Assembly: GCA_038496445.1 (NCBI GenBank) | Contig: JALMLS010000299.1 | Location: 202,311 to 266,310, forward strand | DNA length: 64,000 bases | Origin: Trichosphaerium sp. ATCC 40318 | Lineage: Eukaryota; Protista; Tubulinea | Direction: 5' to 3' | Shown here: piece by piece, positions 13,485-26,496 of the stretch | Position numbering within the stretch: the first letter of the stretch is position 1 | Layout: the number at the start of each line of letters is the position of its first letter | Notes under the pieces: model-generated | The model's database searches: none | Told to the model about the DNA's origin: nothing | What the model saw: only the letters and a program-made list of their open reading frames with translations | Position numbers and translations under genes: made by a program

Positions 13485-13610
13485 GTTTGGGCGTTAGGCA
13501 GAACTCATACGTTGTCTGGGGCACTGGAGAATTTAAAACTAGAAATTTTGTAGCAAATTTACGAGACTGGTGTAAAAAAGTCTGCCTTAGTTTTTGACGC
13601 CATCTACAAC

Positions 13611-15556
13611 ATGTTGGGGAGTGCTGCGGTACAGGCCGAGAAAAACCCGAAGCGAAATTCGCTTCTTCTGCTGTTGCTGGTGTTTTTGGTTGTTCTTTTA
13701 ACACTGCTTTGTGGCGTGTTGTTTCAGTTCATGGTAGACACTAAGGTGTCTTTCAAAGCGTTGTACAGTAGTTATGATCCGCATTACAAGCCTGTCGTTT
13801 TAAAACCATCGAGTGGTACGTAGTTTGCTACCTCACGTGATTGTTTATTGTTATAGCTGATGTAAAGCATATCGTAAAACGAATGAAGTATTGGCGCCCT
13901 ATAAATGAACAAAAACCTATCAATGAAGAACGTTGGCTTGTTTTCGAGCCATGGCGCGTAGTATGGAAATTTATACTAATTTTAACACGTCAACAGGGCA
14001 GCTGGCATAAATAATCGAAGAATGTCACTAGAAACGATGGTTGTAATGGCTTATCTGACTAACAGGCAACAAAAAATTCTCAAATGTCGGATTGACACTC
14101 TCATAGAACCCTTGTACTACCAAAGCCATACGTACAATACCCCTATTTACAAAAAGTGTCTTACACTCATGTACGTGCATGTAAGTTGTATTGTAGACTC
14201 ACAGTGTACTAGTTATGGGATATTGAAGACATGGCACGCGCTGTACCAATCGTGGAATTTGATTATTTCGAAAATAATTATGCTGCCTCTCATCCAGGTA
14301 ACCACGTGCCTAGTTTCTCTCTTACTAACTCTTTGAAGGATGGTATGATGAAAATAATCCACAAGTGATGTTTGTATGCAGATGGACTGATATTCCGCAG
14401 CAGCAAACAATATTTGCATGGCCGAGAGTCCCAGTCATTGTACAATGGTAAATTTCAACTTTTATCAACTAAAATGTCTAAAGGCAACACCTTTACGGGA
14501 TATGATGGAGAAATGGAGAGCTCCTAAGATTGGAACACTATATAGTAGCGAGCCACCTGGTTTCAATACAGCGCCAGTACTGCACTTCCCTGGAAGCGTT
14601 GTATTTACACATTTTTACACTTGGTATTGGTAAGGGAACCTTTTTTGACTTGTCAGTAGTAAATTAAATGTATGAAGGTACTCGGAACCTATTATGTTCA
14701 AGCAAGTAGCGCAGCTTATGAAGGATTACGTACACTTTGTACCAGAAGTTTATGTTTTATCTGCAAGAATATTGGCCGCTATGCCAAAGACATTCTCGAC
14801 AATACATTACAGACGAGGCGATTTTCGTATCCAGTAGCAATGAATTTTTTGTCACATGTGTTTATTTTGTGCCCTTAACTTTAGACCAGAGTATAAAGAC
14901 CAGCGACACATTACACCCAATCAAGTATTTGAAAACACGTTTGAGTTATTTGAGGTACTTTTCCGCGCTCTTGTGCATCTTAATTAAGTGTCACGAAGGA
15001 AGGAGAAGACATATACGTAGCAACTGATGAAGACATGAAAGTTTTCAAGCGCGATTTTATACCTGTATTCGAGGTATACAGTTTTACCTTTAATTACTAT
15101 TATAGTTTGCTAATGATCTCAAAGAAACGCTATAAAGTACATTACTACGGCATGTACGAGGATTTGATCAAGTCTGATGTCACAAACGTGTGGCTTCCAA
15201 TGGTTGAAACTGTAATTTCATCTCAAGGCAGAGTTTTTGTTGGCACTTTGTAAGTTTATCCTCATTTCATTAGTTTCTCAATGCTAACCTTGTAAAGGTT
15301 GTCTACATTTTCAGGGTACATTACGCGATTGCGTGGATACATGCCTCAAGTAGAGAATAAAGAATATTATTGGACCTGTTATAAGTATCCAAATGATCCT
15401 GGATACACTGATGGTCCATTTACAAGTGAAAACCACTTGCATGGTACTTAAAAAATTGTGAATCTAAACCTAAAACGCTTAGGCTGGGGCAGAGAGTATC
15501 CAGACGCATGGAGCGGTCTAGCAACTGTTGAACCAGAAATGAATGATTCAAAATAA
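13611..15556 (+). CDS. GDP-fucose O-fucosyltransferase family protein, type II membrane
   Basis: N-terminal TM helix; EPWAAGINNRRMSLE, TNRTLVLP, HYRRGDFQYK, YVATDE, VFVGT.STFSGYITRLRGY. One probable homopolymer error near 14350. Confidence 0.85.
14827..14889 (+). other. U12-type-like intron with degenerate 5' site, phase 1
   Basis: 5'SS GTATCCAG; branch CCCTTAAC; the second AG must be used to restore HYRRGDFQYK. Confidence 0.72.
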
Positions 15557-15697
15557 AAATGTAATGTAGAGTAATATTTATTTGGTGTGCGGGGCCAAGC
15601 TATCTTGTGTGACACCTTTGGTTTTTTTTTTGGCTACTAAAATTGTACAAAGGTTGGTTTTGGCTATCAAATCTTTGTTCTCGCAAATACAACACAA

Positions 15698-17222
15698 ATG
15701 GCAGCTTTGGGCATTGGAAATCCTCTATTAGATATCAGCGTAAACGCACCTGATTCATTGTTCGCAAAGTAAGGCTTTGGAGTGTTAAAAAAAGTTTTTT
15801 TGTCTTATTCTGCTTAGATACAAATTGGAGACCGGTAAGGCTATTCTCGCTGAGCCAGAGCACCTTCCATTGTGCGTAATATAACTTCAACGCCAAAGCT
15901 AACAAAAAGTAAGGTACCCTGAAATTCAGGCTAACAAAGATGCTGAATACACTGCCGGTGGTGCTTGTCAGGTACGTAGAGGAAGAGTTTTCCTGACGAC
16001 TTCTCACTTCATCGCTTCCGCACGAACACGCTAATAATATTGTAGAACACTATGAGAATTATCTCTTGGATGCTACCAGGTGGTAAATCCTCAAACTACA
16101 TTGGTTGCGTCGGTAAAGACGACAACGGAAAGCTCTTGGGGTATCTACGCTACAGAAAGTTTTTCATTGACGCGTTTTTAGCACCGTATGTAAAAAAGCC
16201 GGTGTAAACGTCCACTACTTGGAAGATGAAAAAACAGCAACTGGAACATGCGCTGTTCTCATCAAGGACAAAGAACGGTAACCGGAGAAATAGAAAAAAA
16301 TCAATCTTAATTCTTTTTAGTGCCCTAATCACAAACCTTGGTGCCGCCAACTGCTACACCACAGAACACTTTGACACACCAGCAATTCAAGAAGTTGTCA
16401 AGTCCTCAAAGTTCTTCTACGCAACCAGCTTTTTCTTGACTGTCTCTCCAGAGACACTTGTCAAAATTGGCAAACACGCTGCCAGCAACAACCAAGTACG
16501 CTTTTTTCAAAGATATCCAAAAATTGTGATAGCACTATTGTCCGTGCATGCCGACTGACCACATTTCTTAATAGCTATTTATGCTCAACATTTCTGCTGA
16601 ATTTTTGGTTCAATTCTTCTGGGATCAAATGCACCAAGTATTGCCATACGTCGATATTCTTTTCGGTAACGAACACGAAGCCGCTGAATACGCCAAGAAA
16701 AAGGGATGGGATGTACGTGGAACCCTACTAAGTTATGAACATACTGACGTATTTTATTAGGCCACCGACTTGAAGACTGTAGCTAAGAAACTCGCTGAAG
16801 AGGGTCCAAAAGTAAACGACAAGAGAAAGAGAATTGTTGTATTTACTCAAGTACGTTACATGAACTTCTTGTGCAATACAAAAAAAAATAACACTCTTTC
16901 TTAGGGCGCTGACCCAACCCTTGTCTACAAAGATGGTAAAATCACTGAGTACCCTGTTCTTCCATGTCCTCGTGAGGAAATTGTTGACTTGAACGGTGCT
17001 GGTGATACCTTCGTTGGAGGATTCATCGCTGGGTACGTTGAAATGCTGCTTTTTTTTTGTCGCTTTAATTCTTCCATAATGCTAACAATCATTCCCTTTA
17101 GTTTGTTGTCTGAAAAGCCTCTTGAAGAGTGCGTAAAGGCCGGCCAATTCTGTGCTTGGAATTGCATCCGTAGCTCTGGTGTAACTGTACCAGAAACTTG
17201 CACCTACAAATGGTCAAACTAA
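15698..17222 (+). CDS. ADK: Adenosine kinase
   Basis: GIGNPLLDISV, AGGACQNTMR, TGTCAVLI, LITNLGAAN, DILFGNEHEA, IVDLNGAGDTFVGG. Confidence 0.95.
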
Positions 17223-17354
17223 ACGTGTAATGTGCAGCTGTAGAAGCGTTTACAAATTTTTATAAACACGAAATTGCACAAAATGAAAATGTGACATTTG
17301 ACAGGTGTCAATGTCATTCCTAATTTTCTTTTTGGCGCACCTTTTCGTTGGCGC

Positions 17355-18927
17355 TCATTTCCTGCCCTTTAGCATCTGGAAAACAGCACGATTACTCAAA
17401 TTGGTTGTTAAGAATTTAATAAATTCTAGTACAGCCACATCAGCCTTTTTTCTTTTGTTGGTGTATACCAATACCAGCGATATTCTTTGCTCTGCATTGC
17501 AAATGTAGTACGTGGCTGGCATTTTGTTGTCGTAAAAATATATGGGTATATGTGGCTTCCTTCGGTTAGAACCCTGATTGTCTTGTATGAGACTGACAAC
17601 GTTCGGCATGTGCTCCATCGATAGTCGCTCTGGAATAGCAAAAACAGTAGGATATGATTTTAAACCAGTTAATGGTTCGTCTGGCATGGACACTGGACAA
17701 ACATATGGTGATTGTGGATTAACGTGGGTGCCTTGTGTATCGTAAACAATGCTTTGAGAGAAAAAAAGTTAGCTAGATACAATTAACATTAGCACGTACC
17801 TAAAGTTAAAGCATGCAGTGCGGCTTACAAACTGAGCGCATAATTGCGCATAATTCAGCCACAATTTGGATCGCATCGATGCCAGAGGGGATTTTGGAAA
17901 GAAAGTATCTTGTCGCTTTTACAAGGATTATATTAGTACATTGTAGTTTATTTTGTACAAAATGAATACAATAACGTTTGACTTGACGTACTGTTTTGAA
18001 GAAGTCATGAAAGTAAAATGTAAGTTTTGCTGTGATGGCACTGAATAAACGATCCAGCCATGCGTGAAGTGCAGTTCTCGGTATTTTTACTTCCCTCTAT
18101 TATTGTGGAGTGAGGGAAACTGGGGCTATTAGAGTTTTTTAGTACCTGACTTGGAGATGTCGAAAAATCAGCTAGAGCTGATTTTGCGCTCAACATATGG
18201 CAAACACATTCCTTCAAGTTGTACCTCGCCAAAGCTGACTGACAGGCGAGTAGATGACGCAAGGCAGTTAACTCAGAACTAATTGCGTTTAACAGTTGGG
18301 TATTACTTTTTGACAATTAGTTGTACCTGAATGTTACTGCTACATTTGTTACTGTTGCGTGCTTGATATCACGTGTTAGTGCCACGTGAATCGTGTCTAT
18401 ACGAGCAACAATAGAAATTAAGTCTTGAGGCTTGTCAGAACTCAATGTACGATATATTTCTAAGGATTGTAATCTAGTTGATACGATGCTTATAATATCC
18501 TGAATGAGAAGGGAGTATTGACTTTGTGGTTTGTCTGGTGCTTGTAAAAATTGAGGGTATATTTTGCTGAGCTGGGTGAGTATAAGGTTGTACATGTATA
18601 CGAGATCCTACAAGTGTCAATGTCAAAAAATAGTGTTCTATGCGCCTAAGGAAAACTCGTGGTAATACCTTTTTGCGAATCCATTTGTATTCAAGATAAG
18701 AAAGGTTGTAGTACATCATTTCGCATTGAGCTAATTGTACTAATGAAGGAGCTAATAACCACGGCGATTTAGCGTTTTGAGCAGTCTACAAATATTAAAC
18801 GTCAACTAAACTTTGGCTTCGTCGCTACCTGGTATGGTTTGAGGACGTCAGCTGCTTTACTACAGCTTAGGCGCTCTAATTCTGCAAAGAAGATCTCTAC
18901 AGCGTCGCTGAATCTTAGTTTATCCAT
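17355..18927 (-). CDS. KICS2: KICSTOR subunit 2 (C12orf66)-like protein
   Basis: C-terminus EHMPNVVSLIQD...YFYDNKMPATYYI...LVLVY..K...D..VLEFI..L...L.N..VFQMLK matches the C12orf66 pattern. Confidence 0.75.
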
Positions 18928-19032
18928 GCTTGAATGTTTGGCGTTTAGGGCTCCCGCTCTAAAGAGCATTTGTACTAAAAAGGCGGCCAAAAAGTCTGTG
19001 GTAGTCAAATAGTTTTGCAATAACCAACAACA

Positions 19033-20253
19033 ATGGCCGAACAAAAAGAATATCTAACCAAGATACAAGATATCACATCCACTCAAACTATTGACGAGCA
19101 AGCCAAGACGTTTTTGCGTGCTTTTGTAGCAGAGTTCTCAGGAAAGTAAGTGTAGTAGTTGTGCTACGCTCTAGCTAATTCGTGGTAGCTTCGAGGTCAT
19201 ACTCGATTTAGCTGCAGCTTTCAAGACATTTATTCCGGTACTATGCAACTACATGTACTCTGTTCTGACTAATAATTAGGAAGATGACCAAGAGCTAAAG
19301 ATTCAAGGTTTGCAACTAAGTAGTATAATGTATATTCACTAACAAAATGCCAGAACTTCCAGAATTTGATGCTCATCGCTTCTTGGAAGTGCGTGTAGGA
19401 TTTTATAGGCGTCAACTAATATAGTTAGTCACGTGGTGAAACAAAAACAGTGAAGCAAATGCGTGCTGCTTTGTACGCAATTGATCTCGATAAGAACACA
19501 AAGGTAGCTTTCATCGGTAAGTAGTGAAGCATTACTTAATATGAGGCTAATTGTACCGTAGAATACTTGATGTTTAAGTATGATAAGACTCTTGAACAAC
19601 TATTCACTGGTGCGCATCTTGCAACTACTCCTTGTGTTAAATACTCCTTCAAGCAAAACCAAACACTGCTGCTTTGGCGAAACTAGAGAAAGCAATTGCT
19701 CAGTACATGGCAGTATTCGAAGAGAAGAAGCAGAAAGAGCAGAAAATGCAAGATCTAGAAAAGGTAAATTTGATTGTCATCTATGCCATTGCTGAGTTTT
19801 TTGCAGAGGGCTAAGGCTGGCGATAACAAAGCCAAATCTGAGCTAAGACGTATGCAAATGGTACTAAACTACTTCCTATTGTTTTTTATAACAAGTGTTT
19901 AGCAAGATCCTGCTCAAGAAGCCAAGAACGAGATGTGCGCTACAACTATGTGAAACGTTTTCTCATTGTCTTAGGCAAGCCCTTCAAGCAAAATTGGCTG
20001 CAAAACGCGCTCTTAAAAATCCAGGAGATGCTGACGCAGAGGTAACATACAAACTGCTTATGTGACCTTTTCTGACACATTTCGATGTAGGCGTTTAACA
20101 AAGAGCAACAGCGTATAGAAGACGAAAAGCGCAGAAAGGACCAAGAAGAAAAGAAAAAGGCACAAGATAGCCGCGCTAGATTGAAGGTACAGTTTTCGTG
20201 TTTTAAACGCAACCTTATGTCGGTCGTAGGCGCGTGCAGCACTATGGGAATAG
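19033..20253 (+). CDS. Calcium-regulated actin-bundling protein (ABP34/AbpB-like, EF-hand)
   Basis: QAKTFLRAF...EFDAHRFLE.RGETKTVKQMRAALYAIDLDKNTKVAFIEYLMFKY, followed by a charged coiled-coil tail. Confidence 0.8.
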
Positions 20254-20453
20254 CGATTGTACCAACGTAGGTCCGTACAAACATCATCGTCTGTTATCGC
20301 CACCAGAAAAAAGTGACGCATCACGTGTTATAAAAACGGTTGGAATAAACTTATATTAATGCTATTCGAATAGTTTTCCTTTTTTCCGTTGTGGTATATA
20401 ACAAAAAACTTGTGTGCTTTTTTTAGTTTTCCACAGTTCAAAGGGCGTTCCAC

Positions 20454-23129
20454 ATGGGGCTTCTTTGGTGTAAGCCAGAGGACGCAGTGAACAATGGCCA
20501 TGGCGTAAATGGGTCCCGGCAACGAAAGAGAAATAGTGTAACGCCACAGAAAAAATATCAACAAAAACCAGCCTGGAAAAAGACTGAACCGTCGGATGAA
20601 ATTAAGCGCAACACTTCGTACGTTGTTATCTTTTTTTTTTTTGACATGTCCTCCGAAAAATCTTTGTAGCTGTGCTGTCGGTACATAAATAACGTGTATT
20701 TACTTATTTACCATATCTAGACAACGAACGTATACAGATTTTCGTTTAGCGCTTACAGAAGATTTTCCTGTTCCGTTTGCGCCAGCAAAAGGCGATAAGA
20801 ACGATGACGCGCAGAGCCCCGTTGATTTGGAAGAGGACTCAATAACGAGTGACTTGAAACAATACACACGAACTGTCATTTTAACACAGAAGATCGCCAG
20901 GGGATTCGTTGCTCGTTCGAAATATAAAAAATCGAGAAAATACATAGTTACAATACAGACCATGATAAAACGTGCGTTGGCTATGCGTATGGCAGAAGAT
21001 TTAAACGACTATCGTATAATACAATCGTTGTTTCGCAGACATAACGCACAAAAGACTTTGGAGCAAAAGAGCACGTCTACAAAACATCATTTTGGTATAG
21101 TTGTTTATAGTTGTAGAATACGTGGTTGTTTTGAATTTGCAGAACTGTATCAGAAGATGGATTGCCTGGGATCTTGCATCCCGAAGAAGTAGGTAAAATT
21201 AGTGCATAACAGCTCTAAGAAACTTGTAGTGCATGGCGTTACAACTCTACAGTCGCTTATCAGACGGTACAGAGCATCTCTGGTGTCTCAGCGTATAGGT
21301 GCCTTAATCAGATTACAACTGTCAGTTTATAACTTCTTAATCGCCTTATTAGGTGCTGCTAAGCACATACAACGCATATATAGAGGATTTGTAGTGAGAA
21401 GAGACTATAGACGAGTCTGGCTGCTACGTAAGACTATCAAGTTACCACAATTTGCTGTTGACACTTTCTAGGTGCCCAAAAGTCAAAGTTCCGTGCAATT
21501 GTAAAAGGATTCATTGCAAGGCGACGCTACAAGCGCTTGAGTACGACCATAAATTGTTGCTGTCCTAACTTGCTATTAGAAAGGCGTGCACGTATTGTTA
21601 AAGAAATACTCGATACAGAACGTGAATACGTAACCCGTCTTCTCATGATAAGAAACGTAAGATGAGATAAAAATAAGTTCCTAAAAGATCATTTTAGTTG
21701 TACTTTAATCCAATCACTGCCAAGCCGAAAAAATTCGGAATTACTCAGGAGAATGTAAAGGTAATGAATGACTTGCAAACTAAGATAAAAGAAACTAACG
21801 CTGAATAGGAAATATTTCCACCATCCCTTCAAATCATTACAGATTTCCACAGTGCTGTACTTTTAACACGACTACTTGAGCGATCAGAGAGCTGGAACGC
21901 ATGGCAAACACTTGGAGACTGTTTTTCACAATTCGTAAGTTATCCGTTACAGTATAAATATTCTAAGTTCTTACCCTAGTCTGGATTTCTTAAAGTGTAC
22001 ACTACCTACATCAATAACTATGAGGCATCTTTAAAGTGTTTATTGGAGCTTAAAGCAGATTCTCCAAAGTTTGCTGCTTATCTCTTGGTATGTGGTTTTC
22101 TCTGATTGTTTAAAAGGACAAATTTGAGTTTTATGCAATTACTAAGTGAGAGTAGGAATGCTCTTCGCGTCCTGAATCTAAGCTACTCGACATCCAATCC
22201 TTGCTAATTGAACCTATTCAAAGGTAAGGCACATTTAAGAATTTATAGTTTAACAGCCGTTTGTAGGATCCCACGTTATCAACTTCTACTAACGGTAAAT
22301 AAAGATATAACTTATGCATTGTGCTTACAGAAAATAGGACCTTTTGAAAAAGACACTGCAAGTACACGATGATTATCCTCTGCTTCAAAAAGCTCTTTTA
22401 GATGTCAAGCAAGTTGCATCTATGATAAACAATAGAAAAGCAGTACATGAAGACAAGCAAAAAGTGTTAGAAGCCTTCAAACTTATAGTGCCTCCACAAA
22501 CCGTACGTAGATGCCACGTTTACTTTGTGACTTATGCTCCTTCTAGTACCTCATTCAGCCAACAAGAAGCCACGTACACAACGGGTTGCTGAAGGAGCTG
22601 ATTTTGAAGGACGACAGACAAGAAGGCTTTCATTACTTCTTGTTTAATGATTTATTGATAAAGACGAAGCACTCTGGTGGTATGTAACTCCTTTTTGTTC
22701 CTGTTCTTAGCCTTTGTAGTATTTAAGACCAAAAAATTCCGTGCCAAGTGGGATCTCAGTAAGCTCACATTTACTCGTGATTTATGTATCCTCAAGTTTA
22801 GCTTTTTAAAGAACTAATCAACTGCGTTACTTCTTTGACTTATTAGCTTTCGTGTTGCCTAAAAAGAAGGTGATTCCTTTAGCTTTTGCCCTGAGATATG
22901 GAGAAAACAGTATGATATTGAGAGGTATGTATTTAACAAGTAGAATGAGTTAATGACAACCTCTCTAGCTAAGACGGAGAAAGATTTTGAAGCTTGGACA
23001 GCAGCATTTGAATTAGCTATGACAAGTCTCGGTGACATGCGAAAATCGAGGCAGCTGTTGTTATCTAATTCAGCCGGTAGTCGAAGCTCTGAAGGTTTGA
23101 GTACCGGTGGAGATAGCGAAAGAAGCTGA
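20454..23129 (+). CDS. IQ-motif + RhoGEF (DH-PH) protein with putative N-acylation signal
   Basis: MGLLWCK start; several IQ motifs (TQKIARGFVAR, IQRIYRGFVVR); EILDTEREYVTRL, LLIEPIQRIPRYQLLL.DLLKKT; PH FLFNDLLI. Confidence 0.9.
22786..22846 (+). other. U12-type GT-AG intron, phase 1
   Basis: 5'SS GTATCCTC; branch TTCTTTGAC then TTATTAG; removal gives RDLSFVLPKK in the PH domain. Confidence 0.75.
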
Positions 23130-23138
23130 GAATAAACT

Positions 23139-24169
23139 CTAAATGTTGTTATTTGTATTGATTTGTACAATTTCAAAGAGGTGAATGACCTCTTCAAACA
23201 CAGCTAGTTTCTCTTCAGACATAAAACTATCTAAAGGTATTTCTTTTGCTCGCATGTTCCTAGTATTTTGTAAGTACAGTGGCAATACTACCCTTGTACC
23301 ATCTCGCTAACATTGATTCTATTGTACGTTGGCTACTGCGTAATTGATAGGTTGTAATAAACTTGAGGTTTGGGTTTTTTGACATGAGATATGACACTGA
23401 AGCTAGCATGTTATCATAGTCTACTACAGGTTAATTGAAGAGGGTTTCATGCACTTGGTACCTTTTTTATTGTCATAAAAGCAATCAGCGCCAAGGACGA
23501 TATCCTGAGGAGCCAGAGAAACAATACGCCTTGTGAAATGACTCCATGTAAATGGGCATATTTGTACGTCAAGAAATTTTTGCAAGGTTTCATTTCCTGT
23601 TGCTGAGTGAGTTACTGTCAGCTTTGATATTTTTGTTACCTTGTTGGATGGAAACTGGATTGTTGCTGTGTTTGTTTAGCTCCATGTTTTGTAATATATG
23701 TGGCGCTTCCTCTCTGAAAAAATTAGTACATATCATTTCATTTTGACAGCGTACTTGTCGGTCAAAACCACTTTAGCTCCGCAAACTGCAGCAACCATAC
23801 CAGGAAGTGCCGTACCCCCGCCAAGCTATAATCGTCAGCGCACCCAAGCTTGTGAGAACGTACTTCTATTATTTTTTTGCCGTTAAGCTCGCTTCGGATA
23901 TGCCAAACGTAATCTGCTAGTACTTTGCCTGAAGGCCATACAAATAAGCCAGAGTCCCCATACTCGCCATAGTCCGGCCCAGTTATCTGTTTGAAATTAT
24001 AAATTGAATATGGCTTGCGTAAATATCGTACTTCTATAATATTAAGCGTCAGCTTTGTTGTGGCGGATTCGTAAGCAAATTGTCTCATTGAGCTTCCGTT
24101 TTCGCTTGAAGGCTCGCTGTTGTGTTCTTTACGCGTAGTGGAACCACTATAAGTGGTGGCATTAGCCAT
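23139..24169 (-). CDS. METTL23: METTL23-like class I protein methyltransferase
   Basis: GLFVWPSGKVLADYVW, KKIIELGGGTALPG, VVLTD, DIVLGADCFYD, TTYQLRSS. Confidence 0.8.
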
Positions 24170-24371
24170 GCCGTTTCAATCTTCAATGAAGGATACTGTG
24201 AGATGTAAAACGCTCACAACGGCTCATCGCTTGTAGCTAGGATCATAGGGTATCAAAGTAGCTGGTTGTTAGGCTTAACAAACGCGTTTCTGAGTAATCC
24301 CAAGTGACACTAGCGTTTTGTGGGAGATTTTTGCGTACAAATCATTTTGTATCGTACGCCACGTCACACAG

Positions 24372-26285
24372 ATGATTACCACCTACCTAGTAGCGTTGTC
24401 TTTACTTATAACCATACATGCATACTCTGCTCCAGCAGTTGATGGTGCCCATTTTTTGGAAACTTTTCAAGACGCCAGTTGGGCTGATCGCTGGATAATT
24501 ACAGAGAATAAGGAGTTCGAAGGTAATTAGACTATTTTGTTACTCTTTTTCTCTAAACGCGAGCAGGCGAATGGATAGTACGCGAAAACGATGAACCTAT
24601 TGGTATTGAAGGCGACAAAGGGTTGGTGGCAGCCAATGAGGCTAAAAAACATGGAATAGCCGTAGAATTTGACAGCGCATTGGACACCACGGGAGAAACT
24701 CTGGTCGTACAATACGAGGTGTGTTCACTGTTTTATCTACTATTTCCACAATATTGACGTGTGGGCGCTAAACTGACGTCAGGTGCGAACACAAAAATCA
24801 TTGAGTTGTGGTGGAGCTTACATCAAACTCTTGCGAAAAGAAACAATGCCATCCGAGCTGTCAGCGTTCGACAACACCACACCATACACTATAATGGTAA
24901 TGAAACTTCTTTTTCAAGCTTTAGTTGAGACTCTCAGTGCATCACTTGGTCACGTGATTAATAATTTAAGTTAGTTTGGACCTGATAAATGTGGTGCCGA
25001 CAGCAAAGTTCATTTTATCTTCAATCACAAGAACCCAAAGACTGGCGAATATGAAGAGAAGCACATGACTGACCGTCCACAGATGAAGGCTAATACTTTA
25101 TCCCATCTTTACACATTGGTTGTAAATTCAGATAATACGTTCCAAGTTCTTATTGATATGGAAGAAGTCAGGTCTGGCAGTTTGCTTGAAGATTTTGAAC
25201 CATCTGTCAACCCACCAAAGGAGATTGATGACCCTACTGATAAAAAGCCAGACACCTGGGTAGATGCAGCTCAGTAAGTTCTTCGCGTTTTTATCTATGA
25301 TTTTTTAGAATGCTAACCTTTTGCTAGAATTCCAGATCCTGAAGCCGTAAAACCTGACGACTGGGATGAAGATGCACCTGCAGAAATTGAGGATAAAGAT
25401 GCAGTAAAGCCTGACGATTGGTACGTTTCAAGTCAGAAAAAAAGTAACGGTTGTAAGTAACTGTTTTACAGGTTGGATGATGGCGAACTCGAAATTCCTG
25501 ACCCTGATGCATCAAAACCAGAGGATTGGGATGACGAGCTTGACGGCGATTGGGATGCTCCTCTAGTACCTAATCCACAATGCGCCAAGGTTGGATGTGG
25601 CGAATGGAAACCACCAACAATTCCAAACCCTGAATACAAGGTAAAATACCTCAACTGCTTTTTTAGAGCATTTCTGATTTATCTCTTTTCTAAAGGGTAA
25701 ATGGTCTGCTCCTATGATTGAAAATCCTGATTACATTGGTGAGTGGAAACCAAAGCAAATACCAAATCCAAATTATTTTGAAGATGGCCAGCCAAGCAAC
25801 TTTGAAGCTATTGGCGGTATCGGTATTGAGATTTGGACAATGTCAAAAGATATTTTGGTATGCCCTTCCATAAATCTATTCCCTCGCTTGCTTACTGTCA
25901 TTAGTTCGACAATGTTCTTGTCACATCGGATAAGGACGCTGCGGATGCGTTCGCCAAGAAGACTTGGTTGGTTCGTCATTACGAGGAAGATAGAAAATAC
26001 ATTGATATGAACAAACCACCTTCACCTTCACTACAAGCACAGTTTGAAGAGATTCTAGCGAATACACTCGTATTCATTCAAGAAAACCCTGCTATTATCG
26101 CTGCTACAGCACTCATTGGCCTTGTACCAATTGCTTTGTGCTTCATGGGCGGTAGCAAACCAAAGCGTGGCGAAGACGTTCCAGAAGAGGAAGACGAAGA
26201 CGAAGACGAGGAACCACTACTTCCAAAGAAGGAAGAGAAAAAAGTCAAGAAAACACGCTCACGAACAAGACGTGATGTTGACTAG
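24372..26285 (+). CDS. CANX: Calnexin
   Basis: Signal peptide, [25 protein letters not shown]-domain KPEDWD repeats, [11 protein letters not shown] helix, acidic/basic tail ending RTRRDVD. Confidence 0.95.
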
Positions 26286-26496
26286 ACAGCAATGATTTTT
26301 GTAGTTATTGCAGTCAAAATAAAGTTGGGCTTCAATGCTCATATAATTCAAAACAAGGGGTTTATTGTTGCCACTCAGAGGTGGCAGTTATTTATGCAGC
26401 CTAAATGAGGCTAAGTTTGTCTTGTATAAAGTTGTAATGTATAGCGAATGAAGTGAAAGGTTGGTGGTTTGAATATCTAATGAGAGTGTCAAAGAC

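Noticed and set aside
14340-14370. Stops in all three frames in an O-fucosyltransferase exon (possible recoding or pseudogene)
   Set aside because: Adding one A to the GAAAT run restores WYDENNPQVM; homopolymer indels are common in this assembly.
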